A stretch of DNA of 64,000 bases from Candidatus Limnocylindria bacterium (GCA_038248895.1 JBBRWZ010000002.1:9847-73846); one strand, 5' to 3'; shown: positions 26,601-35,374, counted from the first letter of the stretch. The notes: generated by a model not told the origin, from the sequence alone. Program-made: numbers and translations.

Positions 26601-27175
26601 GGCCAGTGGAGGAAGCGCGCGATCTCTTCGGGAACGAACGGCCGGACGACGAAGCCCACCGTCGGGATGATGGTCGAGCGGAAGAAGTCGACAAGGACCG
26701 AGCCGTTGAGAGCGTCGTAGTAGCCGCGCAGCCATCCGACCTGGCTCGAGATCAGGCCCTCGCCCTCGACGTTGCCACGGAAGAGCGAGTCGAAGACGAT
26801 GAGCTGCAGGAGGATGAACGTCGCTGCGAAGAGCACGCCCAGGATGGCGCCGGCGATCTCGTCCAGCTGCTTCACGATCGGCAGGCGCGTCGTTCGGTAG
26901 AAGGCACGGACGATGAACCAGCCGGCGATGGTGAGGCCGATGAAGAGGACGATGAAGATGTAGAACTCGCGCAGCTCGGGCGTGAACGCCTTCCAGAAAC
27001 CGAGCAGATCGGTCATCGGTCCCTTCAGCTGGGACGCCACGATGAATGCCACCACGACCGCCAGCCAGCTGAAGAGGTAGCGGATCGCGCCCTGGGTGAA
27101 GCCGGCGAACGCGCCGCCGGCCAGGGCCACGATGATCAGCAGGTCGATGAAGTTCAGCTCGCCGAGGATCTCCAC
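26597..27175 (-). CDS. cvpA: CvpA family membrane protein
   Basis: 192 aa with 4 TM helices. The N-terminus (NFIDLLIIVALAGGAFAGFTQG) is typical of the colicin V production protein family. Confidence 0.85.
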   Translation of the reverse strand: MEILGELNFIDLLIIVALAGGAFAGFTQGAIRYLFSWLAVVVAFIVASQLKGPMTDLLGFWKAFTPELREFYIFIVLFIGLTIAGWFIVRAFYRTTRLPIVKQLDEIAGAILGVLFAATFILLQLIVFDSLFRGNVEGEGLISSQVGWLRGYYDALNGSVLVDFFRSTIIPTVGFVVRPFVPEEIARFLHWP

Positions 27176-27272
27176 GTGGTGCTCTCCGGGTGCGGGTGGC
27201 GCCGATCCTCAGCGGATGGGCGCGCGACAGCGTAACAGGCGTCTCGATCGCCGGACAAGGTAGCCGTACGTC

Positions 27273-29705
27273 CTACCGGATCTCCGCCCCGAGATGGTGC
27301 CGCAGCGAGCCGCGCACCTTGTTCAGCGCCTTCTCGATGGCCTTCTCGTCGCCGCTCGTCGCTGGCTGAAAGCGCAGCGCCACCGCGTACGAGACGCGCC
27401 CGTCCCCCACCTGCGGGCCGCGGTACGCGTCGAAGAGGCGCGCCTCCACGAGCGTCGGACCGGCCGCGCTGCGCACGATGCGCAGCAGGTCGCCAACCGG
27501 CGTATCGTCGGTCACCACCACGGCCACGTCACGGTCGACCGGCTGGGCGGCGGGCACCGGCCGGGGTGTGCGTTCCACCGCGAGCGCCAGGAGGTGCGGC
27601 AGGTCGATGGCGGCGAGGACGGGACGGCCGGCCAGCCCCCACGCCGCGGCGATGGTGGGATGCACCTCGCCGACGCTGCCGTAATCGGTGCCGGCAGCGT
27701 CCACCAGGCGGCCGGCACGGCCGGGATGCAGGTGGGCGTGGCGCTCCGACGCCGCCTCGGCACGGTACCAGGGGGGTGGCGCGCCCAGCGACGCGTGGAG
27801 CGCATCGATGACGCCCTTCACGTCGGCCACGTCAGCCTCCCGATCCGCGACGTCCAGCGCGCGCGGCATGCCGGCGCCATGCAGGCCGATCACGACGTGC
27901 CACAGCTCCCCACGCCCGGTCCCGGCGGACTCGACGCCGGGGCGCGTCCAGCCGGGCCGGTAGGCGTACGTCTTCCCGATCTCGAAGAGCCGTGCGCCGG
28001 CTCGGCGCTGGCGTGCGTTCTCGGCCAGCGCGCCGAGCATCGACGGGTAGAGCGCCGGTCGCAGCAACGTGTGCGACTCGCTGACCGGGTTGGCGACGTG
28101 CACCACCTCGGGGTCGTCGGGCTCGTACCCGCTCCGTCGCAGCTCCTCGCGTCCGATCAGGGCGTGCGTGACGACCTCGTCGAGCCCGAGCCCGGTCAGC
28201 GTGCGGCGCACCTGCTGGCGACCCGCCGTGGGATCACGGCGAAATGGCGGCAGGGCGGGACTCGGCAGCCGCCCGGGGATGCGGTCGTAGCCGTGGGCTC
28301 GCGCGACCTCCTCGGCGACGTCCTCCGGTCCGGTGGCGTCGAGACGCCAGGGCGGAACCGTCACGTCCACGAGGCCGTCCACCACCGACGCCACGTCGAA
28401 GCCGAGCGGCCGCAGCAGGGCGGTCACCGCGGCGGCGTCGAAGTTGATGCCGATGAGCCGCCCAAGGCGCGCCAGGTCGACCCGCACGACGCGGGGCACC
28501 GGCGGCGTCGGGTCGGAGTCGACGATCCCGGCCGCGACGCGTGCGCCGCTCAGCTGCTGCAGCAGGTGCGCCGCGCGGTCAGCCGCCAGCCGTGGCAGCT
28601 CACCGCCGATGCCCTTCTCGTGCCGCATGCTCGCCTCGGAGCGGAGTCCCAGGCGCCGGGCGGTGTTGCGCACCGTCGGACCGTGGAAGACGGCCGACTC
28701 GAGGATGACCGTGGTGGTCGCGTCGCCGACCTCGGTCGCGGCACCGCCCATGATGCCGGCGATGCCGATCGCGTGATCGCGGTCGGCGATGACGAGCATC
28801 CGCTCGTCGAGGATGCGGTCCGCATGGTCGATGGTCTCCAGCCGCTCACCGGGGAAGGCGCGGCGGACGACGATCTCGCCACCCGGCACGGCGCTCGCGT
28901 CATACGCGTGCTGCGGCTGCCCGAGCTCGTGCATCACGTAGTTCGTGACGTCGACCACGACGCTGATCGGCCGCATCCCCGCCGCGACCAGACGGCGCTG
29001 CATCCAATCCGGCGACGGTCCGTTCGATACCCCCGCGAGCCAGCGCGCGGTGAATCGCGGGCACAGCAACGGCTCGTCGATACGCAGTGACACGTACGAC
29101 GCGGCGGGCTCGTCAGACTCCACGACCTCGACGGCCGGCCAGCGCACCGTGCCGCGGGTCAGCGCCGCGACCTCACGTGCGAGCCCGACCATCGACAGGG
29201 CATCGCCGCGGTTCGGCTTGACGTCCACGTCGAGCACCGCCTCCCCGAACAGCCGCCGCAGGTCGGCGCCGAGCTCGTGCTCCGCGCCGGTGCCGAGGAT
29301 GTGGATGCCATCGGCGTCGCTGCCGAGACCGAGCTCCACCGCGCTGCACAGCATCCCGTCGCTGACGACGCCGCGGATCTTGCTGCGGTCGATGCGGCGA
29401 TCGCCGGGCAGAACCGCGCCGACGCGCGCCACCGGGACCAGCTGCCCCACGGCAAGGTTCTGCGCCCCGCAGACGATCGCGACCGGCTCGCCGGCGCCGA
29501 TGTCGACGCTCGTCAGCCACAGGCTGTCCGCATTCGGATGGCGATCGACCGTGAGCATTCGCCCGACGACGACATCGGTCCAGTCGGCTCCGGTGATCTC
29601 GATGCCGGACACCTCCATCCCACGCAGCGTCAGCTGCTCGGCGAGGTCCTCGAGGGACATCGGGATGTCGACGTACTCACGCAGCCAGGAGATCGGCACC
29701 CGCAT
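27273..29705 (-). CDS. pheT: Phenylalanyl-tRNA synthetase beta subunit
   Basis: 810 aa. Begins MRVPISWLREY, and has a tRNA-binding domain, B3/4, B5 and FDX-ACB domains in the canonical order. Confidence 0.95.
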   Translation of the reverse strand: MRVPISWLREYVDIPMSLEDLAEQLTLRGMEVSGIEITGADWTDVVVGRMLTVDRHPNADSLWLTSVDIGAGEPVAIVCGAQNLAVGQLVPVARVGAVLPGDRRIDRSKIRGVVSDGMLCSAVELGLGSDADGIHILGTGAEHELGADLRRLFGEAVLDVDVKPNRGDALSMVGLAREVAALTRGTVRWPAVEVVESDEPAASYVSLRIDEPLLCPRFTARWLAGVSNGPSPDWMQRRLVAAGMRPISVVVDVTNYVMHELGQPQHAYDASAVPGGEIVVRRAFPGERLETIDHADRILDERMLVIADRDHAIGIAGIMGGAATEVGDATTTVILESAVFHGPTVRNTARRLGLRSEASMRHEKGIGGELPRLAADRAAHLLQQLSGARVAAGIVDSDPTPPVPRVVRVDLARLGRLIGINFDAAAVTALLRPLGFDVASVVDGLVDVTVPPWRLDATGPEDVAEEVARAHGYDRIPGRLPSPALPPFRRDPTAGRQQVRRTLTGLGLDEVVTHALIGREELRRSGYEPDDPEVVHVANPVSESHTLLRPALYPSMLGALAENARQRRAGARLFEIGKTYAYRPGWTRPGVESAGTGRGELWHVVIGLHGAGMPRALDVADREADVADVKGVIDALHASLGAPPPWYRAEAASERHAHLHPGRAGRLVDAAGTDYGSVGEVHPTIAAAWGLAGRPVLAAIDLPHLLALAVERTPRPVPAAQPVDRDVAVVVTDDTPVGDLLRIVRSAAGPTLVEARLFDAYRGPQVGDGRVSYAVALRFQPATSGDEKAIEKALNKVRGSLRHHLGAEIR

Positions 29706-29707
29706 CG

Positions 29708-30787
29708 TCAGCGCCCGCCTGCGAACTGCTCGAGGAACCGCAGGTCGGCCGCCATGAGGAGCCGCAGGTCGGGAAGCTCGTGCCGCAGCATCGTGAGCCG
29801 ATCGAGGCCCATCCCGAACGCGTAGCCCTGGTACCGATCCGGATCGAGACCACCGGCGCGCAGCACGTGCGGATGCACCATGCCGGCGCCCAGGATCGTC
29901 ATCCAGCCGCTCTGCCGACAGGCCGGGCAGCCCGCGCCGCCGCAGACGAGACAGCCGATGTCAAAGGCGACCGATGGCTCGGTGAACGGGTAGTAGCCGG
30001 GCCGGAACCGGGTCCGCGTGTCGCGGCCGTAGAGGGCACGCGCGAACTCCTCGAGCATCCCCTTGAGGTCGGCGAGCGAGGTCGCCTCATCGACGACGAG
30101 CCCCTCGATCTGCCAGAACTCGAAGCTGTGGCTGGCGTCGACCGCCTCGTGGCGAAAGCAGCGTCCGGGCATGATCACCCGGATCGGCGGCTCGAGCGCA
30201 CGCATGGCGCGCACCTGCACCGGGCTGGTGTGCGTCCGCAGGACCGTCCCATCCAGCGCGGGGACCGGCGGGTCGCTGCCCGGCTCCGCGACGTACAGGG
30301 TGTCCCACAGGTCACGCGACGGATGGTCCGGCGGGATGTTCAGGGCTTCGAAGTTCATGGCATCGGTCTCGATCTCCGGTCCCTCGAACACCTCGAAGCC
30401 GAAGGCGTGGAAGATCTCGCGGAAATCACGCTCGACCGCCATCAGCGGGTGGAGGTGGCCGACGTTCATCGGCCGCCCGGGCGCCGTCATGTCGATGCGC
30501 TCCGCCGCGAGCCGCCGCTCGAGCGCGTAGCCGGCCACCGCCTCCAGCCTGGCGGCGATCCCCGCCTCGATCTCGGCGCGCACCGCGTTCGCCTGCTGCC
30601 CCAGCGCGGGACGCTCCTCCGGCGGCACCGAGCTGAGCCGCCGCAGCAGCGCCGTGAGCAGTCCTGAGCGGCCGAGCAGATCGGCGCGGACCTCGTCGAT
30701 CGCCGCGGCGTCGGCCGCGCCGTCGATGGCGGTGCGGGCCTCGTCACGGAGGCTGGTCAGCTGGCTGCCAAGGTCATCGGTCGTCAT
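29708..30787 (-). CDS. pheS: Phenylalanyl-tRNA synthetase alpha subunit
   Basis: 359 aa with class II motifs (HPLM, FRHEAVDASHSFEFWQIEG, GLDRLTML). It sits immediately upstream of pheT with a 2-nt gap. Confidence 0.95.
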   Translation of the reverse strand: MTTDDLGSQLTSLRDEARTAIDGAADAAAIDEVRADLLGRSGLLTALLRRLSSVPPEERPALGQQANAVRAEIEAGIAARLEAVAGYALERRLAAERIDMTAPGRPMNVGHLHPLMAVERDFREIFHAFGFEVFEGPEIETDAMNFEALNIPPDHPSRDLWDTLYVAEPGSDPPVPALDGTVLRTHTSPVQVRAMRALEPPIRVIMPGRCFRHEAVDASHSFEFWQIEGLVVDEATSLADLKGMLEEFARALYGRDTRTRFRPGYYPFTEPSVAFDIGCLVCGGAGCPACRQSGWMTILGAGMVHPHVLRAGGLDPDRYQGYAFGMGLDRLTMLRHELPDLRLLMAADLRFLEQFAGGR

Positions 30788-30810
30788 CGGTCAATCCGCA
30801 TCATCGGTCC

Positions 30811-30849
30811 AAAGCGAACGGCCCCGCTCCGAAAACCGGAGCAGGGCCG
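30811..30849 (-). terminator. Terminator/attenuator-like hairpin between rplT and pheS
   Basis: The minus-strand RNA reads CGGCCCuGCUCCG-GUUUU-CGGAGCgGGGCCG (12 bp, one mismatch), followed by UUCGCUUUGG. It lies 24 nt upstream of the pheS start. Confidence 0.45.
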
Positions 30850-30876
30850 TGGGTGCCGGCGCGACGCAGGCGCCGG

Positions 30877-31236
30877 CTAGCCGGTAAAGGAGGCCTTTGA
30901 CTGGGCGACGAGCGCCTCGAAGGCGGCGGGCTCGCGAATCGCGAGGTCGGAGAGGATCTTCCGGTCGACCTCGACGCCCGCGGCCTTCAGCCCGGCGATG
31001 AAGCGCCCGTAGGGCAGCCCGTGCTGCCGCGTCGCGGCGTTGATGCGCTGGATCCAGAGCCGGCGCATGTCACGCTTCCGGTCGCGACGGTCGCGGTACG
31101 CATAGACGAGCGCGTGGAACAGTGCCTCGCGCGCCGGGCGGACCAGCTTGGAGCGGGTGCCACGACGACCCTCCGCCTGCTTCAGGAGGCGCTTGTGGCG
31201 CTTGTGGGCGGCGACGCCGCGCTTGACTCGTGCCAT
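30877..31236 (-). CDS. rplT: 50S ribosomal protein L20
   Basis: 119 aa. Begins [19 protein letters not shown] and is conserved along the full length. Confidence 0.97.
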   Translation of the reverse strand: MARVKRGVAAHKRHKRLLKQAEGRRGTRSKLVRPAREALFHALVYAYRDRRDRKRDMRRLWIQRINAATRQHGLPYGRFIAGLKAAGVEVDRKILSDLAIREPAAFEALVAQSKASFTG

Positions 31237-31248
31237 GGGTGCTCGTGC

Positions 31249-31446
31249 CTACTCGTACGGCATGAGGCGCTTCAGCTGCGCCTCGTGCGTCTTGCTGACG
31301 ATCGCCTTGCCCGCGTAGCGACGCGTGCGGCGGCTCGACTTGATCTCCAGGTGATGGCCGCGCCACGCCTTGGGACGGACCCACTTGCCGGAGCCGGTCT
31401 TCTTGAAGCGCTTGGCCGTTCCCTTGTGGGTCTTGATCTTCGGCAC
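31249..31446 (-). CDS. rpmI: 50S ribosomal protein L35
   Basis: 65 aa, beginning MPKIKTHKGTAKRFKKTGSGK. Confidence 0.95.
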   Translation of the reverse strand: MPKIKTHKGTAKRFKKTGSGKWVRPKAWRGHHLEIKSSRRTRRYAGKAIVSKTHEAQLKRLMPYE

Positions 31447-31451
31447 GTTAC

Positions 31452-32132
31452 CTATCCCTGCTCTGCCGGTGCCTGGCTCGCCTCGGGCACCGGCTGCTCC
31501 GCTGCCGCTGCCGGCTCCGGTGCCTGTCCCTTGGCCGCGACCGCGGCGCCGATGGTGTTGTCATCCGATGCGGACGGGGCGCTGTCCGCGTCCTCGCCGC
31601 TCTCGCTCTTCTTCTCGGCCCGCTTGTCGAGCGGCGCCATGACGATGTACATGTTCCGACCCTCCATCAGCGGCTGGCGCTCGACGGTGCCGTGCTCGGC
31701 GAGGATCTCCCCCGCCTTGAGGAGCAGGTCGCGCCCCAGCTGTGGATGGGTCATCTCCCGGCCGCGGAACTGGACGTTGACCTTGACCCGGTCGCCCTCG
31801 TCGAGGAACTCACCGGCGCGGCGCGTCTTGGTCCTGAGGTCGTTGACGTCGATCTTGACCCGGAGCCGGATCTCCTTGAACGTCTGTGACTTCTGCTTCT
31901 TCTTCTGCTCGCGCTCGCGCTTCTGCAGCTCGTACTTGTACTGGCCGTAGTCGAGGATGCGGCAGACGGGTGGGACCGCGGTGGGCGCCACCTCGACGAG
32001 GTCGAGCCCCTTCTCCTGGGCCAGGGCATACGCCTCGGGGGTCGGCATCACGCCGAGCTGCTGGCCTTGATCATCGATCACCCGCACCTCTCGGATACGG
32101 ATCATCTCGTTGAGCCGGAGATCCCGTGCTAT
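31452..32132 (-). CDS. infC: Translation initiation factor IF-3 (probable non-canonical ATA start)
   Basis: IF-3 N- and C-domains are recognisable (IREVRVIDDQGQQLGV, KEIRLRVKIDVNDL), with an acidic/Ala-Pro-rich C-terminal tail. The first ATG (32105) would truncate the conserved N-terminus. In-frame ATA 32132-32130 lies 10 nt after AAGGAG (32148-32143) and restores ...LRLNEMIRIREVRV. Confidence 0.88.
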   Translation of the reverse strand: MARDLRLNEMIRIREVRVIDDQGQQLGVMPTPEAYALAQEKGLDLVEVAPTAVPPVCRILDYGQYKYELQKREREQKKKQKSQTFKEIRLRVKIDVNDLRTKTRRAGEFLDEGDRVKVNVQFRGREMTHPQLGRDLLLKAGEILAEHGTVERQPLMEGRNMYIVMAPLDKRAEKKSESGEDADSAPSASDDNTIGAAVAAKGQAPEPAAAAEQPVPEASQAPAEQG

Positions 32133-32148
32133 TGCTCTACCACTCCTT

Positions 32149-32184
32149 CAACAAACGAGCCACCAGCCCTCAGGGACGGGTGGC
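32149..32184 (-). terminator. Terminator/attenuator-like hairpin directly upstream of the infC Shine-Dalgarno
   Basis: The minus-strand RNA reads GCCACC-cgu-CCC-uga-GGG-cu-GGUGGC, followed by UCGUUUGUUG and then AAGGAG. It sits 67 nt after the VOC-gene stop. Confidence 0.45.
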
Positions 32185-32250
32185 CCACAGATAGCGCGAA
32201 ACGCCGGAGGATGGTACCCGATGCGCCTCGCGCGGTCAACGCAACGACAC

Positions 32251-32616
32251 TCACCGCGGCCAGTCGTAGAAGATCGCGACCTGGCGTCCGTCGGGGTCCG
32301 CGACGCGGAAGGACCGACTCCCCTCCCAGCGGTCGCCGGATGGCGCTGCCACGAGCGCGAACCCGCGCCGCGCCAGCTCCTGGGCCCACGCGTCGACCTC
32401 GCCGGCGGTATCGACCTTGAAACCGATCTGGATGCCGTCCCTCGTCGCCTGCGCGGCACGGCGCAGCGAAAGCTCGAAGCCGTTCAGCTCGAGGTCGGCA
32501 CCGCCGTCGTCGGCGGCGAGGGTGCGGAACCCGAAGGCGGAGGCGTAAAACTCGGCGCACGCCGCGGGGTTCGTCGATCGTAGCGCCAGCTGGCCGATGG
32601 CGCGCATCTTCCTCAT
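32251..32616 (-). CDS. VOC (glyoxalase/bleomycin-resistance/dioxygenase) family protein
   Basis: About 121 aa. Begins MRKMRAIGQLALRSTNPAACAEFYASAFGF, with a paired beta-alpha-beta-beta-beta pattern and ...FRVADPDGRQVAIF. Inserted between thrS and infC. Confidence 0.8.
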   Translation of the reverse strand: MRKMRAIGQLALRSTNPAACAEFYASAFGFRTLAADDGGADLELNGFELSLRRAAQATRDGIQIGFKVDTAGEVDAWAQELARRGFALVAAPSGDRWEGSRSFRVADPDGRQVAIFYDWPR

Positions 32617-32695
32617 GGCCCGTCGACCGCGCTCGCCAGCCTGCAGCTCTCCGCTCGCAGCGACGGCCGCGAGTCCATCCACGCGTGCGACCTCA

Positions 32696-32831
32696 CTGGT
32701 CGGTATTGGGTACGCAATGGCCTGAACCGACCTTCGGGGTCGACATCAGCACCCAAAGCGGACCCATCCTCGCCGATACCGACCGGCCAGGCCGATCCAG
32801 GACCCTGAGGCACCGATACCGACCTGCCAGG
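32696..32831. repeat. Three copies of a GGTCGGTAT/ATACCGACC element in the thrS-VOC spacer (two direct 20-mers plus one inverted copy)
   Basis: The direct copies are GCCGATACCGACCGGCCAGG (32772-32791) and ACCGATACCGACCTGCCAGG (32812-32831), an 18/20 match. The inverted copy is CTGGTCGGTAT (32696-32706). Confidence 0.7.
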
Positions 32832-32896
32832 TTGCCTGAGCCGCGGGAGGCGCAACCTCGCGCCCAATTCCTCACGCCGCAGCGCAGGGCCACCGC

Positions 32897-34717
32897 TCAC
32901 GCGCCCGAGCCGCTCCCGTCGTCGAATGGCCACAGCTCGCGCGCGGCATTGCGCGCAACGAGGCCGGCCACGAACGCGTCGAGCGGCACGCCCTGCTCCT
33001 GCTCCCCGGTACGCAGGCGCGGCGAGACGGCACGCGCGTCGCGATCGCGGTCGCCGACGACGACCATCACCGGGACGCGCTGCTCCTGGGCGTCGCGGAG
33101 CTTCGCCTGCATCCGTTCGGACCGATCATCGACCTCGGCGCGCAGGCCCGCCGCGGCAAGCGCGTCGCGCACCTCGCCGGCATAGTCGAGGTGGCGGTCC
33201 GCGATCGGCACCACCGTGACCTGGGTCGGCGCCAGCCAGAACGGAAATGCGCCGGCGAAGTGCTCGACGAGGATGCCGGTGAAGCGCTCGAACGAGCCGT
33301 AGATCGCGTAGTGCACGACGGCGGGCCGCTCGAACCCACCGTCCGCGGTCCGATACTCGAGGTCGAAGCGCTGCGGCAGCTGGTAGTCGAGCTGCACCGT
33401 GGCCATCTGCCACTCGCGGCCGAGGGCGTCCTCGATGAAGATGTCGATCTTGGGTGCGTAGAAGGCCCCGCCGCCGGGATCGACGGTGAACTCGATGCCG
33501 GAGGAGCGCAGTGCCTCGCCGAGCTTGCCTTCGGCAGCGTCCCAGAACTCATCGGTGCCGAGGCGCTTCTCTGGGCGCGTGGCAAGCTTGAACGAGGGCT
33601 CGAAGCCGAATGGCGCGTACTGGCGACGGACGAGCGTCAGCGCCAGGTTGATCTCGTCGATCACCTGGTCGTCGCGACAGAGGACGTGGGAGTCGTCCTG
33701 GACGAGCTGCCTGACCCGGAAGAGGCCGGCCAGGGCGCCGGTTCGCTCCTTGCGATACAGCTGCGAATAGTCGGCGAGCCGCATCGGCAGATCGCGGTAC
33801 GAGCGTGCCCGCGTGCGGTAGATGAGCATCGTCTCGGGACAGTTCATCGGCTTGAGTCCGGAGACGTGGTCCGAGTCGTCGAGGACGAACATGTTGTCCT
33901 GGTAGTTGCCCCAATGGCCGGACGTCTCCCAGAGCTCCCTGCGGACGACCGCGGGCGTCCGCACCTCGTCGAAACCGCCGCTGGCACGCACGTCGCGCGA
34001 CCACGCCTCGAGGACGCGCCAGAGCCGCATTCCCTTCGGATGCCAGAACGGCGCCGCCGGCGACTCGGGATGGAAGCTGAAGAGGTCCAGGTCGCGACCG
34101 AGCTTGCGATGGTCGCGCTTCTTCGCCTCCTCGACCCGCCACAGGTACTGGTCCAGCTCCTCCTGCGTGTTCCACGCCGTCCCGTAGATGCGCTGCAGCA
34201 TCGGTCGGTGCTCGTCGCCCCGCCAGTAGGCGCCCGCGACGTTGAGCAGCTTGAACGCGCCGAGCTCGCCGGTCGACGCGAGATGCCCGCCGCGGCACAG
34301 ATCCTCGAATGTGCCGTGGCGGTAGAAGCTGACCGTCGGCCCAGCGCCCTCAGGCAGCTCGTTGACGATCTCGACCTTGTACGGCTGGCCCCGCTCGGTG
34401 AGCAGCGCCACCGCCTCGGCCCGCGGCAGATCCTGCGAGTGCTCGAATTCGAGGCCGGCCGCCTGCTGCTCGCGCATCTTGGCCTCGATCGTCTCGAGGT
34501 CGGCGGGCGCGAGCGGCCGCGGCAGGTCGAGGTCGTAGTAGAAGCCGTCCCGAATGGCGGGGCCGATGCCCAGCTTGGCGGCCGGGAAGAGCTCCACAAC
34601 GGCGGCGGCCATCATGTGCGCCGCGCTGTGCCGCATCGCGCTCAGCGGGTCCGCCGCCGGACCCGCGTCCAGCAGCTCGCTCGCCTCGGATCTGGTCTCG
34701 TCGCTGTCGATCACCAT
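32897..34717 (-). CDS. thrS: Threonyl-tRNA synthetase lacking the N-terminal TGS domain
   Basis: Start ATG 34717 gives 606 aa. The alignment begins at the second additional/editing domain (MRHSAAHMMAAAV..., GPAIRDGFYYDLDL). It is followed by the class II core (KRDHRKLG, FRVRQLVQDDSH) and the anticodon-binding domain. The ORF cannot extend more than 41 codons upstream. Confidence 0.92.
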   Translation of the reverse strand: MVIDSDETRSEASELLDAGPAADPLSAMRHSAAHMMAAAVVELFPAAKLGIGPAIRDGFYYDLDLPRPLAPADLETIEAKMREQQAAGLEFEHSQDLPRAEAVALLTERGQPYKVEIVNELPEGAGPTVSFYRHGTFEDLCRGGHLASTGELGAFKLLNVAGAYWRGDEHRPMLQRIYGTAWNTQEELDQYLWRVEEAKKRDHRKLGRDLDLFSFHPESPAAPFWHPKGMRLWRVLEAWSRDVRASGGFDEVRTPAVVRRELWETSGHWGNYQDNMFVLDDSDHVSGLKPMNCPETMLIYRTRARSYRDLPMRLADYSQLYRKERTGALAGLFRVRQLVQDDSHVLCRDDQVIDEINLALTLVRRQYAPFGFEPSFKLATRPEKRLGTDEFWDAAEGKLGEALRSSGIEFTVDPGGGAFYAPKIDIFIEDALGREWQMATVQLDYQLPQRFDLEYRTADGGFERPAVVHYAIYGSFERFTGILVEHFAGAFPFWLAPTQVTVVPIADRHLDYAGEVRDALAAAGLRAEVDDRSERMQAKLRDAQEQRVPVMVVVGDRDRDARAVSPRLRTGEQEQGVPLDAFVAGLVARNAARELWPFDDGSGSGA

Positions 34718-34873
34718 GGGTCCGCAAGCGTACCGCGTCGGCGCCGCGCGCGGGGGCTTGACTCTCCGGCCGCCCGAGCGTTCAGACTCGCCGGCGATGG
34801 ACGAGCTGCCGCGGATCGGTCGCATCGCCAAGCTGTGCACGCCTGGGCGGAGACGGCGCCGTTGACGCCGGCC

Positions 34874-35374
34874 TCAGAGCGTCTTGAACTGCTCGAACGG
34901 CTGCCGGCAATCGGCGCAGTGGTGGATGCTGCGGCACAGCGTCGGGCCGAAGGCATTTTCCATGGTGGTGTTGCGTGACCCGCAGTACGGACATGGCGCG
35001 GCGGCAAGGACGAGGAGCTCGTCAAGCCCGGAGACCGATGGCGCCGCCACCGGCGGCGCGAAGCCGCTCGCGCGCAGCCGGTCGCGACCGGCGGCGCTGA
35101 TCCGGTCGCTCGTCCATGGCGGATCGAACGTCACCACCACCTCGACCCGCGGCGCCAGTGCCAGCGCGCCGACCCGCTCCCCGATCTGCTGCCGCATCAC
35201 CTCGATGGCGGGGCAGCCCACGAAGGTTGGAAGCAAATCGACGTGGACGCGCTCCGCGTCGACGTCGACCGCGCCGATGACGCCGAGATCGACCACCGAG
35301 ATGGCAGGGATCTCAGGGTCTGGGATCCCGGCCAGCGCGTCCCAGACGCGTTGCTCGGCCGCCGCGATCACCAC
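34874..35374 (-). CDS. paaD: 1,2-phenylacetyl-CoA epoxidase subunit PaaD (DUF59 + C-terminal Cys4)
   Basis: 166 aa. Carries IPDPEIPAISVVDLGV and TFVGCPA, with a C-terminal CPYCGS...CADCRQPFE. Confidence 0.88.
   Translation of the reverse strand: MVIAAAEQRVWDALAGIPDPEIPAISVVDLGVIGAVDVDAERVHVDLLPTFVGCPAIEVMRQQIGERVGALALAPRVEVVVTFDPPWTSDRISAAGRDRLRASGFAPPVAAPSVSGLDELLVLAAAPCPYCGSRNTTMENAFGPTLCRSIHHCADCRQPFEQFKTL

Noticed and set aside
34718-34873. T-box leaders upstream of thrS (34718-34873) and tyrS (20724-20769).
   Set aside because: The available leaders are only ~155 nt and 46 nt. I could not find the conserved T-box sequence (…GGUGGUACCGCG…-like) or a specifier-loop/terminator arrangement.
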